Source: Candidatus Giovannonibacteria bacterium RIFCSPLOWO2_02_FULL_43_54 (GTDB lineage: Bacteria; Patescibacteriota; Minisyncoccia; UBA11713; 2-01-FULL-45-33). Taken from it: 64,000 nucleotides of DNA. The notes below the pieces were generated by a model. It made no database searches and was not told the origin of the DNA. It saw only the letters and a list, made by a program, of their open reading frames with translations. The stretch is from assembly GCA_001778875.1 (NCBI GenBank), contig MFIK01000041.1:2033-66032 (forward strand). The letters are read 5' to 3'. Shown here piece after piece: positions 1-10,105 of this stretch. The first letter of the stretch is position 1, and each line of letters begins with the position of its first letter. The position numbers and the translations under genes were made by a program.

Positions 1-1725
1 AAGTATTACAAAAACTTTAGGTTTGATCTAGATTCAGTTTCCAGTATCAAAGCACTGCTTGATAGCGATCTGGCTTTTGCCGTCGAGTTATTCAAGGTAC
101 TTATCACAAGCGACTATATAAAAAATGGGAAGAGCGACCATTTCGGTGCGTACACTGTCGCGGCGTTGTTAAACGAGATCATCAGAAGAAATTATGCTAT
201 GGGATTGTCTATACTTCGCCTACTGGAGAAGGAAGAGAAGTTGAGCGATGACCAGCAAATTATTTATTCATTCAGCTTGTTCAATCATCACGGGAACGAT
301 GACTCGGACGATCAGGAATTGTTACTGAAGGTATATAACGAGGTAGTTAACCCATTCTTAAAAAAACACGGTGATGATATTGGTAAAATCTGCCAAAGAC
401 TAACAGACGCCAACTGTCGTGAAGCTTTTGTCCAGTTTGCGGCCAGACTAGCGGTCAAGAAAAAAATGGCCGATGCGTTAAGGATTATCCGTATTTTCGT
501 AAATGATCCTGATCCATATCTCCCAGGCAAAGACCCTCATGACCCCGAAGATAAATATAATGAACACAAGAGTGTTCTGGAAGGTAAGGAGCCAAGCTCG
601 ATTAGGTCGGTTCGTGGTTGGTGCGGTTGGGTTCTTATGAAATGCTCCGTTCTTGATGGACGGGATCAAGTTCCTGAAGTGATCGAGCTTACCAAAAAGT
701 TAATCAACGATGAAAATTACTATGCGATTCACATGGCCTGTTTTGCCCTCGGTCAAATAGCAAGAAATCGTCTTACTGTTTTGCCCTCTGACAAAAACAC
801 ACTCTTTTTTAACGATGAAAAAGAGAAAGCCCTGCGTATGGCAAAAGAAGTTGAAGCAATAGCCTTCGGGCTTTTAGACAGGCTTATTTCATGGCCAGCA
901 TTAGTGCAAAAAGCTATGACTAAAAGTATTCTGCATGTATTTGACCCACTCAGGGCACTTAATGAGAAAGACTCGCTTAAACTCATTACCACTCTCGCCA
1001 AGCTTCCAGCAGATGTAACAGAGGAATCTGCGCCGTTGTTTATTTATTGTGCCGAGTTCAGAAAGAATGCTTATAAGAATTGGCGATTCGGTATGCCTGG
1101 GCTATATGACGATCTCGGCCCGGAAAAGTATGACGAGGAAAGGTTTAAAAAAATCCTGATTGAGACGATCCAAGAACTGCAGAAAGAAGATCCTGATAGT
1201 TGTTTTCGGTTTGCGTCATCGGTTGAACATGCGATGCGAGAAGCATCGGGTGACGAGATCGAAAGGAATACTGAATTAGCGCTCGAATATCTCAATCTAC
1301 TTTCAAGCGTCTATGCCCACAATATTTTTACCCTGATTTATCAAGTTGCCGAAAGGAAACTCGGGAGCCCAGATAAATATATTAATAGATGGTTTGTTTT
1401 ATTTAACAAATGTCTTGAAATAGAAAAGGGATTTTACGAGAAACAGGTAAAGAGTGGCAATGTAGCAAATGTCCGTTGGTACCCAACTTTATATCACTCG
1501 AGAATTATGGAGTTAATTAATGAGAAATTGGGACAAGACAAATTTATGCAGGCCGCTAAAATATTTTTCGCGTTTCCGAAAGAAATTGACCTTCATGAGT
1601 CAACGGGGTTAGTATCTGCTATTGAAGAAATCGCGAAAACCGACAAAGATGCTAAAAAGATAATTTCTTCACTACTGGATAAGAATCCAAGTAAGTATTG
1701 GCACCTGAAGAATAAAATGAAATGA
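1..1725 (+). CDS. Large alpha-helical (HEAT/ARM-like) protein, 5'-truncated by the window edge; possibly the C-terminal part of a defence or NTPase protein
   Basis: The frame is open from base 1 into the 519-aa ORF. Helical repeats (e.g. HMACFALGQIARNR); no catalytic motif visible. Confidence 0.5.
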   Translation, partial: KYYKNFRFDLDSVSSIKALLDSDLAFAVELFKVLITSDYIKNGKSDHFGAYTVAALLNEIIRRNYAMGLSILRLLEKEEKLSDDQQIIYSFSLFNHHGNDDSDDQELLLKVYNEVVNPFLKKHGDDIGKICQRLTDANCREAFVQFAARLAVKKKMADALRIIRIFVNDPDPYLPGKDPHDPEDKYNEHKSVLEGKEPSSIRSVRGWCGWVLMKCSVLDGRDQVPEVIELTKKLINDENYYAIHMACFALGQIARNRLTVLPSDKNTLFFNDEKEKALRMAKEVEAIAFGLLDRLISWPALVQKAMTKSILHVFDPLRALNEKDSLKLITTLAKLPADVTEESAPLFIYCAEFRKNAYKNWRFGMPGLYDDLGPEKYDEERFKKILIETIQELQKEDPDSCFRFASSVEHAMREASGDEIERNTELALEYLNLLSSVYAHNIFTLIYQVAERKLGSPDKYINRWFVLFNKCLEIEKGFYEKQVKSGNVANVRWYPTLYHSRIMELINEKLGQDKFMQAAKIFFAFPKEIDLHESTGLVSAIEEIAKTDKDAKKIISSLLDKNPSKYWHLKNKMK

Positions 1726-2372
1726 TGGAAATAGCCGCGATAATTTTATCAATAATTGCCCTCATTCCCTTCTGCGCATATCTCTGGTTGAGATGGTTTT
1801 ATTCGCCGAAAATTATTATCAAAGTTGGCGGAGACCAACAGGGCATGGAGCCGATACAACTATCAGAAAAAGGCAATGTACCATTTGGGATTTCTACGAG
1901 ATCAAAGTTAAAAACATTTATTTCCGAAGTATGGGTGAGTTTTGATGATGACTGTGTTGATTTATCTAAGACAAAAGGTGGTGAAAAAAGAATTACTACA
2001 GACAATCAATTCCCAATGGCTATTCTTTTTTCTGAAAGACGCACAGTAAAACAGGGTTACTTACAAACGAACTATTTTGATTATGAGCCGAAGATCGATA
2101 ACTTTTCTGTGAAAATTATTGTAGGGGCAGAGACCGATGAAACAGAGTTGCCATTCCTGTTAAATATGTTCCCAGCGCCGAGGGTTACCGCAGAACGCCT
2201 TATTAGGTTTAAGGTTGCGAAAGGGATGGGACACGACTTGAAAAAGCTTGGACTAACAATTGGGCCTGGCGAATCAATACAAAGTGAAGGCATTCAGTCG
2301 CAAGGATCATTCTGGGCGGTTGCTGACAAGGGTGTAGTACAAGTAAAAGTTCGCGAAATAATCAAAGATTAA
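1722..2372 (+). CDS. Hypothetical protein with N-terminal membrane anchor
   Basis: 216-aa ORF; ATGA overlap with the upstream gene; hydrophobic N-terminus. Confidence 0.6.
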   Translation: MMEIAAIILSIIALIPFCAYLWLRWFYSPKIIIKVGGDQQGMEPIQLSEKGNVPFGISTRSKLKTFISEVWVSFDDDCVDLSKTKGGEKRITTDNQFPMAILFSERRTVKQGYLQTNYFDYEPKIDNFSVKIIVGAETDETELPFLLNMFPAPRVTAERLIRFKVAKGMGHDLKKLGLTIGPGESIQSEGIQSQGSFWAVADKGVVQVKVREIIKD

Positions 2373-2376
2373 AGTC

Positions 2377-2559
2377 ATGCTTCCACAAAAGGCAATTGAA
2401 GAATTTAAGAAGATTTATAAAAAATCCTACGGAGTGGAGCTTTCGGATGAGGAAGCCACGGATAAGGCCAACAGGTTGGTAAATTTGTATAAGGCGGTTT
2501 ACTCTGACGAGGTGTGGAAATTGCCGAAAGATTTGAACGGGGAAATACCAAAGAAGTGA
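2377..2559 (+). CDS. Small helical protein of a type often seen near ends of CPR integrative elements
   Basis: 60 aa, AIEEFKKIYKKSYGVELSDEEA..KANRLVNLYKAVY; family recognised from memory only. Confidence 0.6.
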   Translation: MLPQKAIEEFKKIYKKSYGVELSDEEATDKANRLVNLYKAVYSDEVWKLPKDLNGEIPKK

Positions 2560-3042
2560 TTTGACCAGTGGTTGTCGCAAGGTAATATACCCCCGCTATG
2601 AAAAAAACGGATTTCGGGGATATTATCGAAGTGGTTATTCTCTTGGCAGTTCTTGTTGTCGGGTTTTTCTACACCGCTTATGGCCTCTTTGATACGGGTT
2701 CTATTTCGGGTTCTCGTAGTCGCTACTACGAAGCGCGCGAGAACTTCTAACAAGCTCTCACAAATCGTCAAAACTGGGTCAATCTGGCGACAGTGGTACA
2801 AAGCTCTGGCCCGTGGGCAATCGCTCGCCACGGGGGCAAAAACAGGGCAACCCGCTTGGGTTGAGTGGGTCAGTGCCTTAACATTCGGCAGAAATTCGGC
2901 AATAATGGTTATGCTGGTTGGCTTGCGTAGTATTTCATGGTTTCCGAGTTGATAAGGATGTGCCAATCGTACAATTCCTTGAGAACCCGGTTCCACTGGG
3001 TTCGCATTAAGTCCACCATAAGATACTCTGTTAAAACTTTGT

Positions 3043-3573
3043 ATGAACAAAACAAATCTTGAACTAAAACACCATTGCTCTGACTTTGTAAGCGTAAGAA
3101 AAGTTTTGAGTAAGATAGGGGCGAAAAAAGAAGTTGTAAAAAGACAAGTAGATTACTTTTTTGAGTTACCCAATAAACGTGGAGGCACTTCTCCGCGACT
3201 GAAGTTACGCGTAGAAGGAAAAGTAAAAACTCTGATTTATTACGAGAGACCAGATTTTGTGAAAGCAAAGGACACGACTTCTGATATAAAGCTATATGAT
3301 GTAAAAGATAATAACTTGCTTCCGTTCTTGAAACGGTCACTTGGTACAAAAGCAGTCGTTGATAAAAAACGTGAGGTGTGGAGAAAAACGAATACTGTTT
3401 TTCATATAGACAATGTAAAAGGTGTTGGTGGTATTTTTGAAATAGAATTGCAAAAGAAGGGTAAAATAACCGAAAACGACAGGAAACTATTTGCTTATTA
3501 TCAAAAAGAGTTACTTCCATATTTGGGTAAAGTGATAAAAGGTTCTAATGTTGACCTAGTGCCAAAGAAGTAA
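3043..3573 (+). CDS. CYTH-domain (class IV adenylate cyclase/CyaB-like) protein
   Basis: ELK, QVDYFF, RLKLR, KKREVW, HIDNVKGVG and FEIE motifs of the CYTH tunnel fold. Confidence 0.85.
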   Translation: MNKTNLELKHHCSDFVSVRKVLSKIGAKKEVVKRQVDYFFELPNKRGGTSPRLKLRVEGKVKTLIYYERPDFVKAKDTTSDIKLYDVKDNNLLPFLKRSLGTKAVVDKKREVWRKTNTVFHIDNVKGVGGIFEIELQKKGKITENDRKLFAYYQKELLPYLGKVIKGSNVDLVPKK

Positions 3574-3685
3574 GTTCAAGTCGTAGCTCATTCCACAACC
3601 TGAGTTCGGCTACTAAAGAGTTCCAACTAAACCTAATGTAGTCCAAAACATCGTAATTACATCAATTTTATGTTATTATCTCAAT

Positions 3686-4021
3686 ATGAAATATAAAAAT
3701 ACCCTCAAAAAAGGCTCTGTGCGTTTTTTGATTTTTCGCGACGGGGAATCCTATTTTGGGGTCGCTTTGGAATTTAATGTTGTTGTTGAAGCGGCAAATC
3801 CCCAGGAAGCATACATTTTCTTAAATGAGGCGGCCTCGGGTTATTTGGAATCCGCAAGAAAAGCTAAATTAAGACCGATTGTTTTAAACCAAAAACCGGA
3901 GGTTGAATACGAAAAAATGTGGCAGGCAAATCAGGATACTAAATTGAAAGCAAAATACGAAAAGATAGTAAACAACTTGCCGATTTTTAGTTCGGGCGTG
4001 CTGGATCTTGCAGTAAGATAG
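3686..4021 (+). CDS. hicB: HicB-like antitoxin
   Basis: FRDGESYFGVALEFNVVVEAANPQEA partial RNase H-like fold; directly upstream of a HicA-like frame. Confidence 0.65.
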   Translation: MKYKNTLKKGSVRFLIFRDGESYFGVALEFNVVVEAANPQEAYIFLNEAASGYLESARKAKLRPIVLNQKPEVEYEKMWQANQDTKLKAKYEKIVNNLPIFSSGVLDLAVR

Positions 4022-4024
4022 ATT

Positions 4025-4268
4025 ATGCCGCGAGGACTCAACAATTGGACATTTAAAGATATCGTAGATTTTCTAAAGAGAAATGGTTTCCGGCAGGCTC
4101 ATTCTCGCGGAAGCCATTTTTATTATGTCGGCCGTTCCGGCGGCGAACTACGCCAGACGCATATTCAATATCATGGCCAAAAATCTATTCACCCCCCGCA
4201 CACTTAAAGCGGTTATCAAACAATCTGGCATTCCGCAATCGGAATGGATTAAATGGGGAAACGGATAA
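4025..4268 (+). pseudogene. hicA: HicA mRNA-interferase toxin with a frameshift in a C6 run
   Basis: The N-half has LKRNGF..SRGSHF; the C-half RTLKAVIKQSGI is in another frame. Removing one C at 4192-4197 fuses them. Confidence 0.75.
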
Positions 4269-4281
4269 ATATAAATAATTT

Positions 4282-4434
4282 ATGCTAAAAAAAATAATCG
4301 GAGTACTTGCAATCATTGTCGGCGTTTTGGCTTTGGTTACGCCTTTCACGCCCGGCGCATGGCTTATTATTATCGGTCTTGGAATTCTCGGTTTCAGAAT
4401 GTTATTTTGGGAAAAAATTAAAAAACGCGTTTAG
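4282..4434 (+). CDS. 50-aa two-TM membrane peptide (PGPGW-like)
   Basis: Translated by hand: MLKKIIGVLAIIVGVLALVTPFTPGAWLIIIGLGILGFRMLFWEKIKKRV. Confidence 0.65.
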   Translation: MLKKIIGVLAIIVGVLALVTPFTPGAWLIIIGLGILGFRMLFWEKIKKRV

Positions 4435-4492
4435 CCAAAATTTTCGAGTTGATTTCGTCCGGAATTAGCGCTACCATTTTTAGAGTTATTTT

Positions 4493-4819
4493 TTGCGTGT
4501 TAAAAGGGGGCTAAAATTGAAAAGCGAAAGAAAAAGAATAAAGAAAGAAACAAAAAATGCCCAAAAAATAAAAGCCACAGAAATTTCCGCAAAAGAAAAA
4601 GACGCCGAAGAAAAGGCATGGGACGCGGTTTGGGAAGCGAAAAAAAGGCAAAACGAGGCCACGGCTGAATATCGGAAAAGCCGAGGCACGAATGAGTTTT
4701 TGGATAATTTGCAAAAAGTGCAAAAAGCGGCTGATGATTTTATAAAAGCACACTCCGCGTGGGAGGCAGAAGTAAGAGAAAAGAAGATGCGGCAAAACAT
4801 ATACGGTCCCGCCAACTAA
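4493..4819 (+). CDS. Basic coiled-coil hypothetical protein
   Basis: 108-aa K/E/A-rich ORF ending in hairpin 4805-4830; start uncertain. Confidence 0.5.
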   Translation: MRVKRGLKLKSERKRIKKETKNAQKIKATEISAKEKDAEEKAWDAVWEAKKRQNEATAEYRKSRGTNEFLDNLQKVQKAADDFIKAHSAWEAEVREKKMRQNIYGPAN

Positions 4820-4842
4820 AAAGCGGGACCATTCATCAAAAC

Positions 4843-5802
4843 ATGACAAACATAAAAAAAATAGGAGATTCTCAAGTTGAAATAGAGCACGAAGTGCCGG
4901 CGGAAGAATTCGACCGGTTTTTTAAGCTGGCGCTCAAAGATTTTCGGGAAAAAGTCGAATTGCCGGGCTTCAGAAAAGGAACGGTACCCGAGCGCATGGT
5001 TTTAGAAAAGATCGGGGATGCTATGGTTTTGGAGAGCGCGGCGGAACTTGCAATCAAAGATCTTTGGCCAAAAATTCTTCTGGAAGAAAAAATAGAGGCG
5101 ATAGGGCGGCCTGAATTTAGCATTACAAAGTTGGCCAAGGGAAATCCGCTGGGGCTGAAAATAAAAACTTCGGTGCTCCGGCCCATCGAATTGGCGGATT
5201 ATAAAAATATCGCAAAGGAAGCTAACTCGGCGAAAATCGAAGAAGCGGACATAAGCGACGCGGAGATAATTGAAACACTCGAGATGCTTAAAAAAAATAA
5301 TCCGGCGAGGCAGGTAGATGAAGAAAAAATGAAGGATGCCGTCCGCAAAAATCTGGAACTTGAGAAAAAAAGAAAGGCAAAAGACAAGCACCGCATGGAT
5401 CTTTTGGATAAAATAGTTAACAATTCAAAAATTATTGTTCCCGACATACTCGCTATTTCGGAACTGGAAAAAATGGAGCTTGAACTGAAAAACTCGTTAA
5501 AAGATATGGGGCTTAAATGGGAAGATTATCTGGCTCATGTTAAAAAAACAGAGACCGAACTGAAAGACGGCTGGAAAGACGATGCCCTAAAACGAGCAAA
5601 ATTCGGGTTGGTTTTGAGGGAGATCGCCTCACGCGAAAACCTTGTTACGCCGGAAAAAGACCTTGATTCGCAGGTTGATAAGATATTGCTCGAGGCTAGC
5701 GAGGAGGACAGAAAAAAAACATCGCGCGCCGACTTGAAAGAGCACATTTTCGGGAGACTCCAAAACGAGATGGTTCTTGCTTTGTTGGAAAATTTGAAGT
5801 AG
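4843..5802 (+). CDS. tig: Trigger factor lacking the FKBP/PPIase domain
   Basis: LPGFRKG ribosome-binding motif, C-terminal domain, about 320 aa, upstream of clpP. Confidence 0.92.
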   Translation: MTNIKKIGDSQVEIEHEVPAEEFDRFFKLALKDFREKVELPGFRKGTVPERMVLEKIGDAMVLESAAELAIKDLWPKILLEEKIEAIGRPEFSITKLAKGNPLGLKIKTSVLRPIELADYKNIAKEANSAKIEEADISDAEIIETLEMLKKNNPARQVDEEKMKDAVRKNLELEKKRKAKDKHRMDLLDKIVNNSKIIVPDILAISELEKMELELKNSLKDMGLKWEDYLAHVKKTETELKDGWKDDALKRAKFGLVLREIASRENLVTPEKDLDSQVDKILLEASEEDRKKTSRADLKEHIFGRLQNEMVLALLENLK

Positions 5803-5849
5803 AATTGTTTTAATTAGTATATTAGTAGCTTATTTGTAATTAGTATATT

Positions 5850-6470
5850 ATGGAAGATGAAATGTACAATACTTACTTAATACCGACGGTCATCGAAAAA
5901 GAGCAAGGCGGGGAAAGAGCTTATGATATTTATTCCAGACTTTTGAAAGATAGGATAGTTTTTTTGGGCGGCCCGATCATGGACCCCGTCGCGAATACGG
6001 TTATCGCCCAATTATTGTTTTTGGAATTACAGGATCAGAAAAAAGATATCTGGCTATATATAAATTCCCCCGGCGGTTCGGTTTCGGCAACTTTGGCGAT
6101 CTATGACACTATGCAACACATCAAGCCGGACGTGGCGACGCTTTGCGTGGGTTTCGCCGCATCGGGCGCCGCCATCTTGCTTACGGGAGGCGCGAAAGGC
6201 AAACGCTTCGCGCTCCCAAATGCCGAAGTAATGATTCACCAGGTTTTAGGTGGCACGGAAGGCCAGGCTTCGGATATCGCGATAGACGCGAAGCATATAG
6301 TTCATGTCAAGGAAAAAATAAGTAAAATTTTAGCCAAACATACCGGGAAGCCGTTGTCCGAGATCGAGCGCGACTCCGACCGCAATTTTTATATGGATGC
6401 GGAAGACGCGAAAAAATACGGTCTGGTGGACGAGATAGTGAAATCGAAGAACGGAATACACAAAAAATAA
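5850..6470 (+). CDS. clpP: ATP-dependent Clp protease proteolytic subunit
   Basis: [21 protein letters not shown] (Ser), MIHQ (His). Confidence 0.98.
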   Translation: MEDEMYNTYLIPTVIEKEQGGERAYDIYSRLLKDRIVFLGGPIMDPVANTVIAQLLFLELQDQKKDIWLYINSPGGSVSATLAIYDTMQHIKPDVATLCVGFAASGAAILLTGGAKGKRFALPNAEVMIHQVLGGTEGQASDIAIDAKHIVHVKEKISKILAKHTGKPLSEIERDSDRNFYMDAEDAKKYGLVDEIVKSKNGIHKK

Positions 6471-6487
6471 CGCGATAAAAAAATCTC

Positions 6488-8356
6488 TCAGTTGGCTTGA
6501 GAGATTTTAAATTGTTTAACTATATTGTTTACTTCCTCTCCAGTGAGAGTTTCTTTTTCTAAAAGCGCGCTTGCAAGCGCTTCCAAAATATTCCGGTTTG
6601 CGGCCAAAACATCCGTTGCTTTGCGATAAGCCTTGTCAATGATTTGTTTTTTTTCTTCATCGATCGTTTGAGCGGTTTTTTCGGAATAATCCTGGGCACC
6701 CTGTATTTGAAATCCTAAATATTCATGTTCTCTGTCCTTACCATAATTTAACGGGCCGAGTTTTTCGGACATTCCCCATTTTTTTACCATATTGGACGCA
6801 AGTTCAGTCGCTCTCTCAATATCGTTGCGAGCTCCGGTGGAAATGTCTTTGAAAACAAGTTCTTCCGCGCATCTTCCTCCCATCATCATCGGAAGCAACG
6901 CTTCCAGATACGATTTTGTGTAGTTGTGCCGTTCCTCTTCTGGTAATGTGCCGGTAAGACCCAAACTCATGCCGCGCGGGATAATCGTAACTTTATGGAC
7001 AGGATCGTTTCCTGGCACGAATTTCGCGACCAATGTGTGTCCCGCTTCGTGATAAGCGGTAACTTTTTTTACGGCCGGAGACATAACCATCGATTTTCTT
7101 TCGGCACCGCCCATTATGATCTTGTCTTTTGCTTCCTCAAGATCACTATTGGTTATGGTTTCCTGCTCTTTTTGAGCGGCTTTAAGCGCAGCTTCGTTTA
7201 AAAGATTTTCCAAGTCAGCCCCGACAAACCCCGGCGTGCCTTTTGCGATGGCAGTCAGATTTGCGTTTTCCGCGAGAGGTTTTTTTCTTGCGTGGACTTT
7301 CAAAATTTCTTCTCTTCCCTTAACATCCGGCCGTGGCACGACCACATGCCTATCGAATCTGCCCGGGCGCAATAGCGCGAAATCAAGTGTTTCCGGGCGG
7401 TTAGTTGCCGCCATAATAATTATTCCCACGTTTGGATCAAACCCGTCCATCTCGACCATCAGCTGGTTTAGTGTCTGCTCCTGTTCAGTATGCCCTCCGC
7501 CAATTATCATTCCACGTTTTCCTCCTATGGCGTCGATTTCATCGATGAAAATAATTGAAGGGGCGTTTTTTTTCGCGTTCTCGAAAAGGTCGCGCACCCG
7601 GCTTGCGCCTACTCCCACGAACATCTCGACAAACTCGGAGCCAGATAAGCTAAAAAATGCTACGCCCGCTTCTCCTGCAACCGCGCGCGCGAGAAGGGTT
7701 TTCCCCGTTCCAGGGGGCCCGATGAGCAAGACTCCTTTCGGCATCCGGCCGCCCAATCTGGTAAATTTTTTTGGGTCTTTGAGAAAATTAATCATTTCAA
7801 CAAGCTCTTCTTTTGATTCATCCACTCCGGCAACGTCCGCGAAAGTTACTTGGTGCCCCACGCTCATCTTTGCTTTGCTTTTTCCAAAATTCATGATCCC
7901 GCCAATACCGCCAGCACTCACACCTCCGCCCATTTTACGCATAAAGAAAATCCATATGAAGATGAAAAGCAACATCGGCGCCCAATTTATTAGTATGGAC
8001 ATGAGCCACGATGTTTCCCGAATCGGCCTCGGAAATATTTTGATCTTCGGTTTAGCGCGCAAGATATCCATAAATGCCGGGAGTGCGGCGTTGTTTACAA
8101 AAACATTATACGACGCATCTTTGCCGTCCTTGTCTTTCACACAGCAGCCTGTTATTTCGCTTCCGCCTTTTTCCGTAGATTGTATGACAATGGACTGAAA
8201 TTTATCGCTTTCCACCGTGCGGAGAAATTCATTGTAGTCTATGGATATTGGAGAATCGGTTTGAGATTGCTGGACGAAAGCATTCCAGATTATTAATGCG
8301 AACAAAATAAACAAGATGTATGACAACAGGCCGGATTTCTTCGGCTGATCATTCAT
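6488..8356 (-). CDS. ftsH: ATP-dependent Zn metalloprotease FtsH
   Basis: Two TMs, [33 protein letters not shown]. Confidence 0.98.
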   Translation of the reverse strand: MNDQPKKSGLLSYILFILFALIIWNAFVQQSQTDSPISIDYNEFLRTVESDKFQSIVIQSTEKGGSEITGCCVKDKDGKDASYNVFVNNAALPAFMDILRAKPKIKIFPRPIRETSWLMSILINWAPMLLFIFIWIFFMRKMGGGVSAGGIGGIMNFGKSKAKMSVGHQVTFADVAGVDESKEELVEMINFLKDPKKFTRLGGRMPKGVLLIGPPGTGKTLLARAVAGEAGVAFFSLSGSEFVEMFVGVGASRVRDLFENAKKNAPSIIFIDEIDAIGGKRGMIIGGGHTEQEQTLNQLMVEMDGFDPNVGIIIMAATNRPETLDFALLRPGRFDRHVVVPRPDVKGREEILKVHARKKPLAENANLTAIAKGTPGFVGADLENLLNEAALKAAQKEQETITNSDLEEAKDKIIMGGAERKSMVMSPAVKKVTAYHEAGHTLVAKFVPGNDPVHKVTIIPRGMSLGLTGTLPEEERHNYTKSYLEALLPMMMGGRCAEELVFKDISTGARNDIERATELASNMVKKWGMSEKLGPLNYGKDREHEYLGFQIQGAQDYSEKTAQTIDEEKKQIIDKAYRKATDVLAANRNILEALASALLEKETLTGEEVNNIVKQFKISQAN

Positions 8357-8437
8357 TTAAATACAAAGAACCTCCCTGATTTGTATCAGGATGAGAGAAA
8401 AAAATCAAGGAAACCCCGCAACAATGAGCGGGACAGG

Positions 8438-10006
8438 TCAGAGGATTTTCGGAAGAAGATCTATGCCTGACATCTCTTCTTTTTTAGGAAGCGCTAACAA
8501 TCCGAGAACCGACGGAGCAACGTCCGAAAGCACTCCGCGCACTTCGCCGTAGCGCGCTGCGATTTCAGGATCCGTCCTCGGCTCCTTATTTTTTACGTCA
8601 TTGGAAATTATATAAAATGGAACGGGATTGGCGGTGTGTTTTGTCCTTTTTTCTCCAGAACTTGCGTAAATTTTTTCTTCGGCGTTTCCGTGGTCCGCCG
8701 TAACTATCATGGCGCCGCCCATTTTAAGGATTTCAGGATAAATTTTCGCGATCGCGCCATCAAGCGTTTCTATCGCTTTTACTGTCGCGTCAAAATTGCC
8801 GGTATGCCCGATCATGTCGCCGTTCGCGAAATTCGCGAGAATAAAATCATATTTCACAAGCCCATTCAAAATTTCTTCGGTAATTTTGCCGATCGACATC
8901 TCCGGCACCGAATCAAGCTTCGGTGTTTTTGGCGACGGAACAAGAATCCGCTCCTCGCCTTTGTAAGGAGTTTCTTTTCCGCCGTTAAAAAAATAAGTAA
9001 TATGGGCATATTTTTCAGTTTCCGCGATATGAATCTGTGATAGCCCCGCTTCTGAAATTATTCTGGAGAGAGGCCACGGAACATCCAACGGCGGGAATGC
9101 GACCCGTGCCGGAATTTTGCCGTCATATTCAGTCATCGTGACCGTAAAAATATCCGAAAGCTTATCTCTTGCGAATCCGAAAAAAACGTCTGCGGTGAAA
9201 GAATAGACAAGCTCGCGCATGGAATCTTCCCTAAAATTGAAAAATATCAATGAATCTCCTGAAGATATTTTGCCCTCTCCGCCCTTTAACATCGCGGGTT
9301 CAATGAATTCATCGGAAATTTCTTTTTCGTAAGATTCAGCGATATATTTTGACGCCTTATTAAATTCATTGTGGCAGACGCCTATCATGCATTTGTATGT
9401 TTTTTCAACGCGGTCCCAATTTTCATCTCTATCCATCGCGAAATCTCTACCGGAAACGCTCCCAATCTTTGCATACGGATAAAGAGTCTGAATCCTATTT
9501 TCCAACTGTTGAATGAATTTTGCCCCTTCTTTCATCTGCGTATCCCTGCCGTCGGTAAAAAGATGCAAATATACGTTTTTCAGGCCTTCTTTTCCGGCAA
9601 GCTCCAAAAGCGCGTATAGGTGCTCGACATACGCGTGCACCGAACCGCTTGAAAAAAGCCCAGCTATATGCAGTTTGCTATTATTTGTTTTAACGAAAGC
9701 CACGGCATCTAAAAATGCTTTATTTGTGAAAAAAGAACCGTCGTGGATAGACATGATTATTCTCGGAAAGTGGTGAAAAATCGGACGCCCCGCGCCGATA
9801 GTTAAGTGGCCGACCTCGGAATTTCCTTCTTCACCCCAAGGCAGGCCCGTCGCGGTACCGGAAGCCTGCAAGGTCGTGAACGGGAAAAATTTTTCAATTT
9901 CACGAAATGCGGGCATTTTTGCGTATTTCCAGGTTGAATTTGGAGTTTTGCTTACCCCGAACCCATCCAGAATCAGCAACACCACCGGCTTGTATCGTTT
10001 AGCCAT
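8438..10006 (-). CDS. gpmI: 2,3-BPG-independent phosphoglycerate mutase
   Basis: LILDGFG, GNSEVGH, AETEKYAH, DMIGHTG, TADHGNAE. Confidence 0.97.
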   Translation of the reverse strand: MAKRYKPVVLLILDGFGVSKTPNSTWKYAKMPAFREIEKFFPFTTLQASGTATGLPWGEEGNSEVGHLTIGAGRPIFHHFPRIIMSIHDGSFFTNKAFLDAVAFVKTNNSKLHIAGLFSSGSVHAYVEHLYALLELAGKEGLKNVYLHLFTDGRDTQMKEGAKFIQQLENRIQTLYPYAKIGSVSGRDFAMDRDENWDRVEKTYKCMIGVCHNEFNKASKYIAESYEKEISDEFIEPAMLKGGEGKISSGDSLIFFNFREDSMRELVYSFTADVFFGFARDKLSDIFTVTMTEYDGKIPARVAFPPLDVPWPLSRIISEAGLSQIHIAETEKYAHITYFFNGGKETPYKGEERILVPSPKTPKLDSVPEMSIGKITEEILNGLVKYDFILANFANGDMIGHTGNFDATVKAIETLDGAIAKIYPEILKMGGAMIVTADHGNAEEKIYASSGEKRTKHTANPVPFYIISNDVKNKEPRTDPEIAARYGEVRGVLSDVAPSVLGLLALPKKEEMSGIDLLPKIL

Positions 10007-10105
10007 AAAATTATTTTAGCATATTGACACTCGAAACCTATTCTGATAAACTGTTATTATATTTAATGTATATGTTACCAATTTTAATCGAATTTAAACA
10101 AATAT

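Noticed and set aside
2499-3050. ORFs 2499-3050(-) and 2653-2952(+) as real genes
   Set aside because: Overlapping, motif-less and atypical in composition; more likely a non-coding element end.
4843-5802. Short trigger factor as a pseudogene
   Set aside because: Clean in-frame absence of the FKBP domain with both flanking domains intact, a form common in CPR.
7236-8198. Long antisense ORFs (7236-8198, 10177-10989, 24715-25332, 40655-41398, 46124-46702, 60434-60985)
   Set aside because: Shadow frames opposite well-supported genes, with no motifs of their own.
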